A stretch of 64,000 nucleotides of DNA from Octopus sinensis (lineage: Eukaryota), in NCBI RefSeq assembly GCF_006345805.1, contig NW_021833017.1:28870-92869 (forward strand). The letters are read 5' to 3'. This document shows, one piece after another, positions 50,413 to 63,107 of the stretch. Numbering within the stretch: position 1 is the first letter of the stretch; every line of letters starts with the position of its first letter. The translations under genes and the position numbers were made by a program. The notes beneath the pieces are model-generated. The model made no database searches. It was not told the origin of the DNA and saw only the letters and a program-made list of their open reading frames with translations.

Positions 50413-53042
50413 TATATTAAATTAGAGATAAAACCACTATTAGGCAAATCATACAATGAAAAACTTAAGCCAATACATAAGATTATTTAATTTATATTAT
50501 TTAAATATATACAAAATTAGCTCCCTATTTGTTGTTTTATGTAATAGTATTATAAATATACCAGGTGATTTGTAGTACTTATTATATTAGTTTATTTTAG
50601 TTATTTAGGTTCTGTTTTTAATTATAGTTAGATTATAGATGGTTGTTCATTTTATTACTAAATATTTTATTACTAAATATATTTTTAATAAATATTTAAT
50701 GGTTTATTGAATATAGAGTCTGGTAAGTTACAATTTTATTTATTTTATATATTTTGTTATATTTCTATTATAACTTCGTTAAATTATAATTTTGTTATAT
50801 TAATCTATTTGTATGTAATCTCTTTATATTTGAAATAGTTTTATTTAGTTGTTTATTTAATCCATTTTATTTAATATAGAAGTATAGATTAGCAGATTAA
50901 TTTTTTAGATTTAACTTAATATTTACCTCTATTTTGTATTGTAGTATGATTATAGACATTTATATATCTATTTATTTATAATATATGTGGATGTGTGTGT
51001 ATGTATATATGTGTATATGATGATGTGTGTGTGTATATATATATATATGTATATACATTTATTTATATGTATGTGTGTGGGTGTGTATATATTGGTGTAA
51101 GTGTATATATTGAGTATTGTATGTATGTACATGTATGTATGAGTGTGCATATGTGTATGGGTGTAAGTGTGTGTATATATGTATGTGTATGTATGTGTAT
51201 ATGTGTATGTATATGTATGTGTATATATATATATATATGTATATATATATGTATATGTATGTATATTTTCTTATATATTTATGTAAACGTATGTATAGTT
51301 ATACTACAAATTTTGATAAGTATTTATAGATTTGTTATGATCACTAATTTTAGCTTATAATTATAAGGGCATGGGAAAGAATTTATAGTATGTAGAGGGG
51401 TTACTATATAAATTAATTTTTATGTATTTATTAATCTTATAAGATTTTTAGAATATATTTAATAATTAGTGGTTTTTAATCATTTAAATCATTTAATTTA
51501 TTTTGTATTAAGTTTCATTTATCATAGTTATTTTATTAATAAATATTATAGTATAGAGAGATTTTATTCTTTATTTGTGAATTCATTATTACAATAATAA
51601 ACATATAATTTTCCATTCTATAATAAACGTAGGTTCCTCACGCGTAATGAATTCTTCAACAATTTATTCTTTTTTTTGCTAATAACGTAATTCCATGAGT
51701 ATTCTTATAAACGCTGTAAAAGACGTTTTTTGATTCAAAATTTTAGTTCATTGATTAAACCTCGCCAAGTTAAGTATGTATTTATTTAAGATCTTCAAAT
51801 TGTAAATTTTAATATTGTATAAGCCTTTGGAGTAATAATATTCTCCTTATGTAAATATCGTTGTTTATGTAATGATCTAATTATCGTAATTTTCTATGTT
51901 ATTAGATATTAAATTGAAGTTTATTCGTAAGATACTTCTTAGCGATAGATTTGTTATTTGATAGCAAGTATACTAGGTGTATTAAGTTAGGCTTTTGTAA
52001 ATACATGTTTTAATAGTATTAATTGTAGTTTTAAATTTATAATTAAATTAGATAAACTTTGATAAACTTAGATATGTTTCGACTAAAGATTGGTCAAGGC
52101 CATGTCTAATTTAATAGCATAACTTAGTTATTTCTTTAAATTTATATTCGATAATTATTCCCATTCATAATTATATTTATAGTACCTATAGTATTTATTC
52201 GATACTATATTACTAAGAATTGATTATTTCTAAAAGTATTTTACATAAGATTTCTGAAAGTCCGTTTAAGTTAGTTTATTTGTATTTTGAAATTAGCTAT
52301 TTCATCTTAAATATGAAAAATTAAATGTATTAGGGTTTATTATATACAATTATTTATAGAGATTATTTTAGATCTTGATTATAATATTTATATATATATT
52401 TTGATTGATAATTTATATATATTAGTCATGTAATTAGATATAGACTAATATTGATATTAGATTATGGGTTTCCTACCTTATAAACTAAAATTAATATTTA
52501 ACATTATAGTCGATTTGGATATAATCATATTTGATAATAGAGTTTATTATAAGTAAAATTATTATATTATATATATTATTTATATCTTAAAAATATTGGT
52601 TATATTTTAGATATTTAAACCACCTGATGAATGACTGTAACTCGAAAATTTTAAGAAATTAATAGCCATGAAATGATCGTAGTGTTATATTAATTATATT
52701 TTTTTAATAATTTTGTTATATATTTAAATAATATAAATTAAATAATATTATGTATTGGCTTAAGTTTTTCATTGTATGATTTGCCTAATAGTGGTTTTAT
52801 CTCTAATTTAATATAATATAATATTTTACTATAAAATTGGATTCAATCCTAAATCTGATTTTTCCCTGTAAGTTTGGATCTATTCCCTAATATCTATTAT
52901 TAATATATATATATATATATATATGAGTACAGGACACCACAAATAGACGTAGAACTCAACGAGAAATGAAAACATAAAAACATGGAAACGGACTTTTTTT
53001 AACAACAAAAAAACAGAGCACAAGACAGACACACATACACAC

Positions 53043-53080
<38 letters not shown>
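47731..53080. repeat. Near-identical tandem duplication of a 2.68-kb unit (47731-50411, 50412-53080); each unit is an AT-decayed PLE relic with about 110-bp inverted termini
   Basis: The copies differ mostly in microsatellite length. Minus-strand relics KTSF, IEWKII and CPYNYKLKL are PLE GIY-YIG C-terminus-like. Degenerate CTGATGA...ctcGAAA near 49945 and 52623. Confidence 0.9.
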
Positions 53081-53082
<2 letters not shown>

Positions 53083-53102
53083 GTGTGTATGTGTGTCTGT
53101 CT
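53023..53102. repeat. Perfect 80-bp palindrome centred on (AT)18
   Basis: agacagacacacatacacacag-(AT)18-ctgtgtgtatgtgtgtctgtct. Confidence 0.95.
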
Positions 53103-54784
53103 GTCTGTTTGTTTTTATCCTCTCACTATCAGTGGACAACTTAGCAGTTTGGCAAAAGAGACCGATAAAATATGTACTGGGTTTACAAAGAATAAGTCCT
53201 GGGGTCGATTTGTTTGACTAAAGGCGGTGCTGCAGCATGGCCATAGTCAAATGACTGAAACAAATAAAAGAAAAAAATAAGAATTGAAAGTGAAAAGATT
53301 AAACATTAAAAAAATTCATAAACATGAAGTTATTTTTATAAGAAATCCTACAATTCCTATTGAGGAGGCCAAACATCCACAATGTGTTGAAGTATTGAAT
53401 CCAAACGATCTAACTCTTTTAATCCAATCTCTTGTTGCAACATTAACTCACCTTTTTAGTGGGGGAGATAATCGAATATTTTAATGGCAATTTTTTAATG
53501 GGGGTGAGATAACCAAAAATACCCCTTGATGCACATTAGAAAAATCAATTAAAAATTTTTTTTTTAATTTCCATTAACTTTCTTAAACTTGGTTAAAATT
53601 GCAAAATACTTTGTTAAAATATTCATTGTATTATAACTTTTATTTTCAAATAATGAAATGATAAAATCTTTTTTAACATTATTTACTCAAGAACCCCTTC
53701 ATATTCACATTTCACCAGCTCCCTATTTTTACTCTTACTTATCTCCTCCCACCCTTCTTCTATGTTTGTTTACTCTCTCTTACTTATTCTCCTCCCCTTT
53801 CTATCAGTCAGTCATCCCCTCTTTAATATCTGTCTGTCCCTCTCTGTCTCTTCTGTATGCTATTCTCTCTCCCACTCTTCCTCTATGTCTGTTTACTCTC
53901 CTTCCCTTTCTGTCAATTCTGTATCAATCTTCCTGTCTATCTACGAGTCCTTACCCCTCTCTCTACAGCTATATTTCTATCTCTCTCTCTCTCTCTCTCT
54001 CTTTCTCCCTCTGTTTTTTCATTTGCCTTTCTTTCTTACACTCGTCCTCCTCTTACTGCTGTAACTTCCTCTCTCTCACACTTCTTCCTCTGTCTCCCAA
54101 ACATACTTTACTACCCTTTCTTCCTTCTCTACTCAGCCTATTCCTCTCTACCTCACAACACTAGACAAGTTAAACTGCCCCTGGGTCATGTCTCCTCTCT
54201 AGTTACCTGTTGTCTATTTTCCCCGTTGATCCTTGCCAGGTGAAATTTGATTAGCACCATATCCAAATGCTCATTAATTCATTAAATTAGTACTTTTCTT
54301 TCTTTTCACTGGGCTCAAGGGTAACCTGAACAGCATGAACAGGAGGTACACGTGTAATGTGAGACAACGTGGTCGCTCCACCTGTCGTCTCAGATCTCTT
54401 CCTACAGTCTCTTCGAAAAGAAAGACACATTTGATGATGTTGTCAGAAATGCAGAATGGCTGGTAGAGCTGAGACAATCAAAGGATTGTAGGTCTGCTAA
54501 CTCAGGAGTGGTCTGGAGCCACATAATCAGATATGTTTTATGTACAAAGTAATGTATATATTTACGTACGAAGTAACGTGTATATTATACTCAAGTTAAA
54601 CGAATGTATTGGTCAAGTACTAAACATGCTTGACCCAACAAAATGTTGGATCAAGCTCAAACAAGCCTTGACTATAATTCCATAACTTCACCTCACATTA
54701 GAAATATCAATTTCTTTAATCTTTTATTTCCATTAACTTTCTTAAACTTGGTTAAAATTGCATATATTTGATGTTAACATAATC

Positions 54785-56756
54785 ATCTCTCTCTATATAT
54801 AAGGCAGTTTGTCTGTCTGTCTGTCTGTGTGTCTGTCAGGTTGTACCCTCACCCTGACCACGGCTTTCAACCGATTCTGATGAAACTTGACATACACATA
54901 GCCCAATGTCATAATTCAAAACTAGCGCAGCGAAAATTTTGAAAAGTTCCCCCAGTTTTGAAAAAAATCGATAAATTCAACATGGGGTCAAGAATCTAAG
55001 CTTATCATATGCAACACATTTTCTGTTGTAGTTTTCGCAACTTGCAATCGATTTTTACCAAACTCATGGTGAAGCTTAATGTTACCCTAAGGAACTTAAT
55101 TCTGACGTTAGTTTTCCATGCAATACCTTACCATCAAAAAAAATCCCATTTTGGGAAATCGCGTTCAAATTCAAGATGACATATTTTCGACAATATCTTT
55201 AACAAATGGCAGGAATTTTTTTGAAATTCACAGCGAGCATCATGTCTGCTCCAACGAGCTATATGGCCCTTTTGATTCCAATAGGATACGTTATTACTGG
55301 AAAAAATCGGTTAATTACATCATATGTGGCACACATAGCAAACCGATTTTTCTGCGATATTTTTTGAAAGTTCACATAGATTTTCCCTACACCGATGTTG
55401 GACATCAAGTTTGCATTAAATGTCAAACTAATGACCTTTTGTCAATGCAGTTAACAAGTATTGGGAGAAATCGACAAAGCCATATCACTTTGAGACCGAC
55501 CAGGCGAACCCTACAAAACTGACTTTTGTTAAATAGTTGGCAGATTTCAGGTGATTTAGGCAATTTTTGCCGCTTTTATCATAAAGGTTACTAGAAATGA
55601 CATATGTTTTCCTTTTGCTTCAAATCCGAGCAATGTTGGGCTGTAGATGTGTTTGCAGTTGTGTGTGCACGTGCACATGTGTCCTTGACACGATGATTGC
55701 AGCTCTTCCCATTGGCTCCCAAACAGTGAACAATGCTCTCAATTAAACACCCTTTGGCCAATCACATGAACTGACACACTCAGTTGTGCGCGTATAGTTT
55801 GTGACTCCCACTTCTTCTCTTGGTTCACACCTGCTCGCTTCACACGTTGGCCTACTTCTGCTAATCGCTGCTGCAGCCGTAAGTTATTCGAATACTTTTT
55901 TTGTTTAAACTTTCTTTATAACTACCACCCCAAACGTTTTACCTAAGGGTCCTCGGACGCTACTTGCAAACTCTTGGTTTATTATAAGCCGCTTTTGTCG
56001 TGTGCACCAAAAAACCTTTTCCATTTGTTTGTTCAGTTTGGTCACTTTTCGCTTTTTCGTTGTTGTCACTCACATTGCTGCCCGCTTTTTTTCCGTTTTT
56101 GTACATTTTTATACATTTTGGGATACTTACTCCACGTGTTCCTTTTTATTACACCTTTGCCAAACACATTGCTATCCACCAAAATGCCACCCAAGAAGAG
56201 AAGGACCCTCCTCAGTCCTCAGACGGCCAAGGCATCGGCTGCTAGGGCTAGAAAGGCACACGAGACCCACGAGGTAGCCGCCTTGCACCTCTCGCAAAAA
56301 GCTTCCCGTTCTGCCACTGCTCAGGCATCTGAAACTACTAGCGACCGTTCTACCCGACTTGCAAGCGTACAGATCTTCCCTCTGCTCGAGGTTGACGAAA
56401 GAGCAACAGTCCAGCCAAAACATGCAGGCTTCTTCCTGTGCTTCCATCTGCAGAGCTCGCGAGAACCCTGAACAAAGGGCCATTCGGAATGCGGCTAACA
56501 CCGCTAGCACCGCCAGGACACGATCTGTCGAAATCCCACAGCAGAGGAGAACTCACCAAGCTGCTGACGCCACAACACAGACATGGCCCAATCTGCCGAA
56601 ACACCTCAACAGAGTAGAGCTCGCCAAGCTGCTAATGCTGCAAACACAGCCATGGCTCGATCTGCCGAAACTCCAGACCAACGAACTATTCGGACATCCA
56701 GAGATGCTTATCGACAAAGTTTCTTACATACCTGGGCAACGCCGGCTATGCTACTA
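54785..56756 (+). mobile_element. Composite Helitron with N-terminal relic of the RepHel protein
   Basis: 5' TC(TC)TATATATAA...caaccgattctgatgaaacttg. 3' gggcaacgccgg hairpin plus CTAG|T at about 56753-56756. MPPKKRR...RARENPEQRAIRNAA...AETPDQR repeats typical of Helitron ORF N-termini. Confidence 0.75.
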
Positions 56757-57594
56757 GTTGTATTATAACCTTTATTTTTATAGCATAACAATTAATTATT
56801 ATAATAATTAATAAAATCTTTTAACATTTTTTTTTACTCAAGAACCTCTTCATATTCACATTTTGCTTGGCTCTCTTCTATCTACCAATATTTGAACCAA
56901 GCATTTTGTTGGGTCAGTTATGTTTAGTACTTGACCAATTACACAATGTAACTCTGTTGTCTCTATTTCTTTCTCTCACAGCAATTACATTAAATTATAT
57001 TATATTATGAATTCTTTGAAGAATTTGTATTTTTAAAAAATAATTATAATAATTAAAATCTTTTAACATTATTTCCTGAAGAATCTTCATATTCCCATTT
57101 CGCTTGGCTCTCTTCTCTGCTATACAATGTGGCTCTGTTGTCTCTTTCTCTTGCAGTGTTGCCTCAATTTTTGTCCATTTCCATTTGCTTCTTTTTGTTT
57201 ATCTGGCCACTTCTCCTGTCTAATGATTCGAAAAAGCTGATTCATTTTTATTCGCCCTTTATTCCAAATGTAAACATTTGGAATATGTTTATATTGTTTA
57301 AATAAAGTGCATTGCTTTTTGCCACATTAAATTGAATCAAATCAAACGAAAGGCCTCTTATACAAAATAAAATAATTTCTGAAACCAAATAATGGCTGAC
57401 TAATACAAAATTCATGCCACAATAGAAAATTTATAATAAGCATAAATTTCAATGTGTAATTCTGATGCTTTTGATAATATGTAGTTGAAATTAATCCTGC
57501 CAACAAGCACTTAAATGTGGTATGGAGGTGAACCAGAAATTGAGCTAATGATGGCAATGGTACTTGAATGATAATCTAAATAATAAAAAACAAG

Positions 57595-58430
57595 AAATTT
57601 TAATGGGAAAAATTTCCTGTTTTACAGAAAAAGAGTTCAACAAAATGTTCAAACTTTAAATTTTTCTGGAAAAAAAAATTGTTAAATTTCTAAATGTCTC
57701 AAAGAGACATGAGCGGTGGTAAAGCGATAGAGTGGTTGTATACGGTCAACTTAACGTGACAGTCCCGTATGGGAATTACACCACCGCTGTTTAGCCCTAG
57801 GAAGTATCGAACGCTTCCTGTCGGCTTTGTTGTTTTACAGAAAAAGGTTTAATAAAAACATTGACCCTTTGAAAGTTAGAAACTAGAATCAAAAAAATAA
57901 AAAGAATTTTAATTGGGATTTTGTTGCACTCTTTTAGAAGCACATTTGATGGGGATTAAGAACATAAGGGGACAGATATTGGAATGGAAGAGAGAAGAGA
58001 AAAAAGGAGGGGAGGAGAAACCTAAAACAAAGGTCCAGGAAGAAGGACAATGAGCTATTGAAAGAGGAAAGATGGAAGGAGGTGGATGGTGGAACAAAGA
58101 AGAGAAAAGGAAAAGAAGAGAGAGAGAAAGAGGCATGAAAGAGAGATAAGGCTGATGACGTAGATGAAGAGGAAGGATTGAAAATGGAATGGAAGAAAAA
58201 AAAGAAAAAGAAAGAGGGAGAAGAGAAGAGTTTATTATTAAAACTATTATTTTTTCAAAAAGTGTAACAAAATTCCAATTAAATTTTTAAAAAATTTTTG
58301 ATTCTAGTTTCTAACTTTTGAAAGCTCAACATTTTATTAAACCTTTTTCTGTGAAACAACAATTTTTTTTAAAGAAAAATTTTAAAGTTTGAACCATTTT
58401 TCTGTAAAACAGGAAATTTTTACCATTTAT
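57595..58430. repeat. Fold-back/MITE-like element with long imperfect inverted arms around a purine-rich core
   Basis: 57600-57685 and 57828-57910 pair with 58250-58430 (e.g. gaaagttagaaactagaatcaaaaaa / tttttgattctagtttctaactttt). Confidence 0.65.
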
Positions 58431-59449
58431 ATATAATACTTCACCTGGTTAAACAACATCATCTTGTGCTTGGGTACCTTTACTGGGTACCTAAATACTT
58501 CATTCATTTAGGCCAAGCTAAAGGAAAACATCTTCCTTTCTGCCCATTAGTTTTGGAGGCTTTGAAAAAGTAAAGGGTTACATAAACTTAGTATCTTTTA
58601 TCTTTTACTTGTTTTTATCATTAGACTGCGACCATGCTGGGTCACCACCTCAAAGAATTTCAGTTGAATGATGAACCCCAATACTTATTTTTTTCTGAGC
58701 CTGGTACTTATTACAGGGACATAAACAAACCAACACCAGTTGTCAAGTGGTGCTGGGAACAAACACAGACACAAATACACACATATACACAACAGGCTCC
58801 TTTCAGTTTCAGCCTACCAAATACACTCAAAAGGCTTTGGTCAACTAAAACACTCAACCAAGGTGCCACATAGGACTGAACCTGGAACCATGTGGTTTGG
58901 AGACAAACTTCTTACCACACAGCCACAATTAAAAGGAAAGAGCACTTAATATATATATCAATTTTTTTACACCACGGATAGAGTCAGAAAGATTTGATAA
59001 GTCTATTTAAGGAATTTGGATTAAATTTAGGTTTCCACAAATAAAATCAAACTACTCACACACACATCAAGAGATAGACATGGATGTGTGTATGTCTATG
59101 TAGATGCATGAATGTGTATATATACAAACATATAACCACTCATTAATAACAGCAGACAAATACACCACCAACAGACACACACAGGTACATATATATAATT
59201 TACACACAATTATCTCCCTTGTAGCTCTTGTATGTTTCAAACCTCATTTCTTCTAGGTCGCTTCTGGTCAGTTCACCATGACAACAAATATTTTTTAGAT
59301 TTTTGTCACACTCAGTTTTTTATTTCTGTTCTTAACACTTCTTTCTTATGTCTACCTATCTTCTCTGAAAACACGCTTATATCAAAATGTTGAAGACACT
59401 TCCATACTTATTGACAATGGTTGATGCAAATATGCGATCACACTTTTGC

Positions 59450-61884
59450 TTGCCTACCCGTAGTTAACGTAAATATACGATGTAGAGCTGCCCTACACCT
59501 ATCACGGACATTTTAGCGGCTGACGTATGTTTACGTTCGCTATCGTGTACTTTAACTCTTGAGGTGTGCATGCTCGCCGTTCCGTGCATTATCTTAGCTA
59601 TTTTAGGTTACGTTCAAGTCACGAGACTAGCAGCAGACCAATGACATGCGGATACTTTACGTGCATATGCATTGGTACAGGAAGTATAAAAGTAAGAGTC
59701 TCCAGCGAAAATGCATCATAATTCAAAATGTCTTCAAATCAATTACAACAAGTTCTGCATTCGTGCTTCGGTCCTCCATCAGCGAATTTACGCTCGACAG
59801 TGCGTCCGACAACACCTGCAGCAACCAACTCGTTGTCATGTCAAACATCCGCTCGACCAACACCTACATGTGAAACTGAGCTGCGACCTTGTACTTGCAG
59901 AGTCGCTGTAGCTGCTGCGGAGGCCGGTGATACTCCTTCAGCAAATTTGCAGTCGCATCCAAGTCCATCAGCTGCTTCGCATCAGACCACACCCACATCC
60001 TAAGCTGCTGCTGCTGAATCGAGAGGTCCTGTTGATTCAGGATCAGACTTTTCTGATGATTTTCATTCATCTGATGGTGATTCTGACTGAGTTTTTGTCG
60101 AACTCTGATTTGGATGACTCTGATCCAGGTACTTTGCAATTGCCGCAAAACAACAGAAGGGCAAGAGTCGATGGCCCTGGCCAGCAGGATGTGGTGTAAT
60201 GGAGAATTGACAATTTTCAGCGATGATACAGATTGTCAGGCAACTCCAAGATAAAAGCGAACCTGAACAATCACACTTTGCCCTTGGAAATATTCCACAA
60301 GTTCCTCACGGAAAAACTTTTCGAATATATGGCAGACAAAACAAACAACTATGCTGCTACTCATTCTCAACGTGAATCCGAGCATAGCACCGACTGCTTC
60401 CCGACGACTGGCAATGAAATCAAAGTGTTACTTGCGCTGCTTATTCTCATGGGCATCGTAAGAAAACCTACACTCGGTTCGTATTGGAGTAGGAACCCTT
60501 AAATGGCAACACCGTTTTTCGCCGACACGATGCCGAGTGATCATTTTTTCGCACTACTGAAAAACCTACACTTTAACTCGGGCGTCAACACCGATGACAG
60601 GCTGCACAAACTTCGGCCAATTGTTGACGCAGTCGCAGACAATTTCAAAACTGTCTATATACCTACACAAGATATTTCCACAGACAGAAGTCTCTGGAAA
60701 TTCAAGGGGCGGTTGTGATTCAGACAGTACAACCCTACAAAATGTGCGCGCTTTGGAGTGAAAGTATAGAAAGTTTGTCAGTCATCCGGTGTCGCATGTG
60801 GCTATACTTGGAACTATAAAATATATATTGGCGAGGACAGGGTTGCAGACGTTCTAGCATCAACTAATGTCGTCATGTCATTGAATGACGAACTGTTACA
60901 CAAAGGGTATAACATTTATATGAATAACTGGTTTTCCAGTCATGACTTGTTTCAGCAGTTGCAGGCCAGGAGAACAAACACCTGTGGGATGATCCGCGCT
61001 TTCAGGAGGAACATGGCCCTCGATCTTTGAAAGCCGAAACTTGAGAAAGGAGAATCTGCATACCGTTCGACAGACAGTGGTCTCCTGGTGTTGGTCTGGC
61101 AAGACAGAAAGTACATGACCATGCCGAGTACGATGCACTCTGCTGCAATGTCTGAAACTGGCAAACGGAATCGTGCGGGGGACCCCATCATAAAACCCGA
61201 TGTTGTACAGGATTAAAACAGAACAATGTGTGGGGTGGATAGATCCAATCAGCTGGCTACCAGACACAGATCAGCACAAAGATTCGGAAAATGGTACAAA
61301 AAATATTTTTGTACTTTGTGGATATGGCACTCATGAACACACATCTGATCTGGCAAATGCTGGGTGGTGAAGCAACTGGACTCGCATTTCACAAGGCTTT
61401 GATAAATGAAATTATTGAAGTTTCCGAGCTGCCCAACTACCAAACACATGGACATCCTCACACCTGACTGACTCCAAACCGGCTTCTGAACCAACAAGGA
61501 CATTTCCCGCACTTCATACCGCCAACAGAAAAAAAGCAGAATCCGGCAAGGAAATGTGTTGTATGCACCTCACACCACCGTAGGCACAAAACCAAATATC
61601 GCTGTTCGGACTGTGATGTGTCCCATTGCATAATACCGTGTTTTGAGTTGTACCACACGCAAGCTATTTTTTTAACTTGAACAGAATAACTCGTGCATAT
61701 TATATTTTGATAAATAGCTTCACATAGTTCGTTTTCATAAACCGGTAGACATAAATGTACGACGCTATGTTATTGTAATGTCGAATGTAAATAGACGTGA
61801 GCTCATTGGCACTTGTGTGTTTGTGTGGGCTCATTAGATAAAAAAAAACCGGAGTAGAGTCTCGCATGCTTCGGCGTCAACGGG
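59450..61884 (+). mobile_element. piggyBac (PGBD4-like) transposon; transposase pseudogene at about 59700-61675
   Basis: TNNYA, LILMGI, HKLRPIV, IST(D)RSLWKFKGRL, RFGVK, YMNNWFSS, GVDRS(N)Q, KWYKKYF, C-terminal C..C...C..C..CF..YH. Right end CGGG|TTAA. Multiple stops. Confidence 0.92.
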
Positions 61885-62043
61885 TTAAACTTAATAATTA
61901 TACATTCCACGTTGTCTTCTGTCATTTTCATCATACATACACACTGACGCATCATAAACACAGAACCACTTTCACATTTCCAAAAGACAATCACTGACTT
62001 CATTTACTGAGGCATTTCTAGAAAATTATCTCATCCTACTCAC

Positions 62044-63107
62044 ATGTTACTCTTCCTCCGGCTGCAACTGCTCCATCACCAGCTGCTACACTTCTTGCTT
62101 CTGTTGCTATTTTCTTGTCAACTTTTTTCCCTTTACCACCTGACCATTTGCCAGTTACCTTCTTAACTGCTGCATGGCGTCTTCTTCTCTTTTTTTGAGT
62201 TGTTGCTTTACTGTTGACAGCTGTCGTTGTTGTTGTTACTCCTGTGCTAGATATTGCAGTTGGTTCTTGTATTTCGCCATCTGCTGTCATTGATTCGCCA
62301 TTGCCATCTGCTGCTGTTGCTATTCCTTTGTTGCTAACTGCTGCTGTTGCCATTCCTTTGTTGCTAACTGCTGCTGTTGCCTTTCCTTTGTTGCTAACTG
62401 ATGCAGTTGCCTTTCCTTTGTTGCTAACTGATGCAGTTGCCTTTCCTTTGTTGCTAACTGATGCAGTTGCCTTTCCTTTGTTGCTAACTGCTGCTGTTGC
62501 TATTCCTTTTTTGCTAACTGCTGCTGTCGCTATTCCTTTGTTGCTAACTGCTGATGCTGCTATTCCTTCTTTGCCAACTGCTGCTGTTGCTATTCCTTTT
62601 TTGCTAACTGCTGCTGTTGCTATTCCTTTTTTGCTAACTGCTGCTGTCGCTATTCCTTTGTTGCTAACTGCTGATGTTGCTATTCCTTCTTTGCCAACTG
62701 CTGCTGTTGCTATTCCTTTTTTGCTAACTGCTGATGTTGCTTTTCTTTTGTTGCTAACTGCTGCTGTTGCCATTCCTTTTTTGCTAACTGCTGCTGTTGC
62801 CATTCCTTTTTTGCTAACTGCTGATGTTGCTTTTCTTTTGTTGCTAACTGCTGCTGTTGCCATTCCTTTTTTGCTAACTGCTGCTGTTGCTTTTCCTTTT
62901 TTGCTAACTGCTGCTGTTGCTATTCCTTTTTTGCTAACTGCTGCTGTCGCTATTCCTCCTTGCCAACTGCTGCTGCCGTTCCTGATACCATTCCTGTTAT
63001 TCCTGCTGATTCTGTCTGCCCTCCTCCATCTCTCACAACAACACCATCACCAATATTAAGATAGACGGGATTTGGAAATTGCATTGAAATTTTCTTCTTG
63101 CTGGGGA
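62044..63107 (-). CDS. Candidate exon encoding a 10-aa tandem repeat (xATAAVSxKG) and a basic NLS-like tail; 1-nt frameshift near 62955; host gene uncertain
   Basis: Acceptor ctcttttatttcag|TC at 63107 and perfect donor ACAT|gtgagt at 62044, both phase 1. Length 1064 nt, one base short of a multiple of 3. ORFs 62950..63141 and 62036..62863 are its two halves. Confidence 0.55.
62294..62980. repeat. 30-bp minisatellite, about 22 units (ctgctgttgctattcctttgttgctaactg-like)
   Basis: Directly visible. 19 units in ORF 62036..62863 plus about 3 upstream. Confidence 0.97.

Noticed and set aside
48292-51360. ORFs rich in YI/CV/TH dipeptides (also about 9580, 15035, 16201, 41011)
   Set aside because: They are translations of TA/CA/GT microsatellites and show no coding signal.
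53658-54243. Long Leu/Ser/Phe-rich ORFs resembling membrane proteins
   Set aside because: This is a CT-rich low-complexity tract open in several frames.
62214-63059. 281-aa plus-strand ORF (LLLTAAVAIP repeats)
   Set aside because: It is the antisense shadow of the 30-bp repeat. Splice signals and non-repeat flanking coding signal favour the minus strand.
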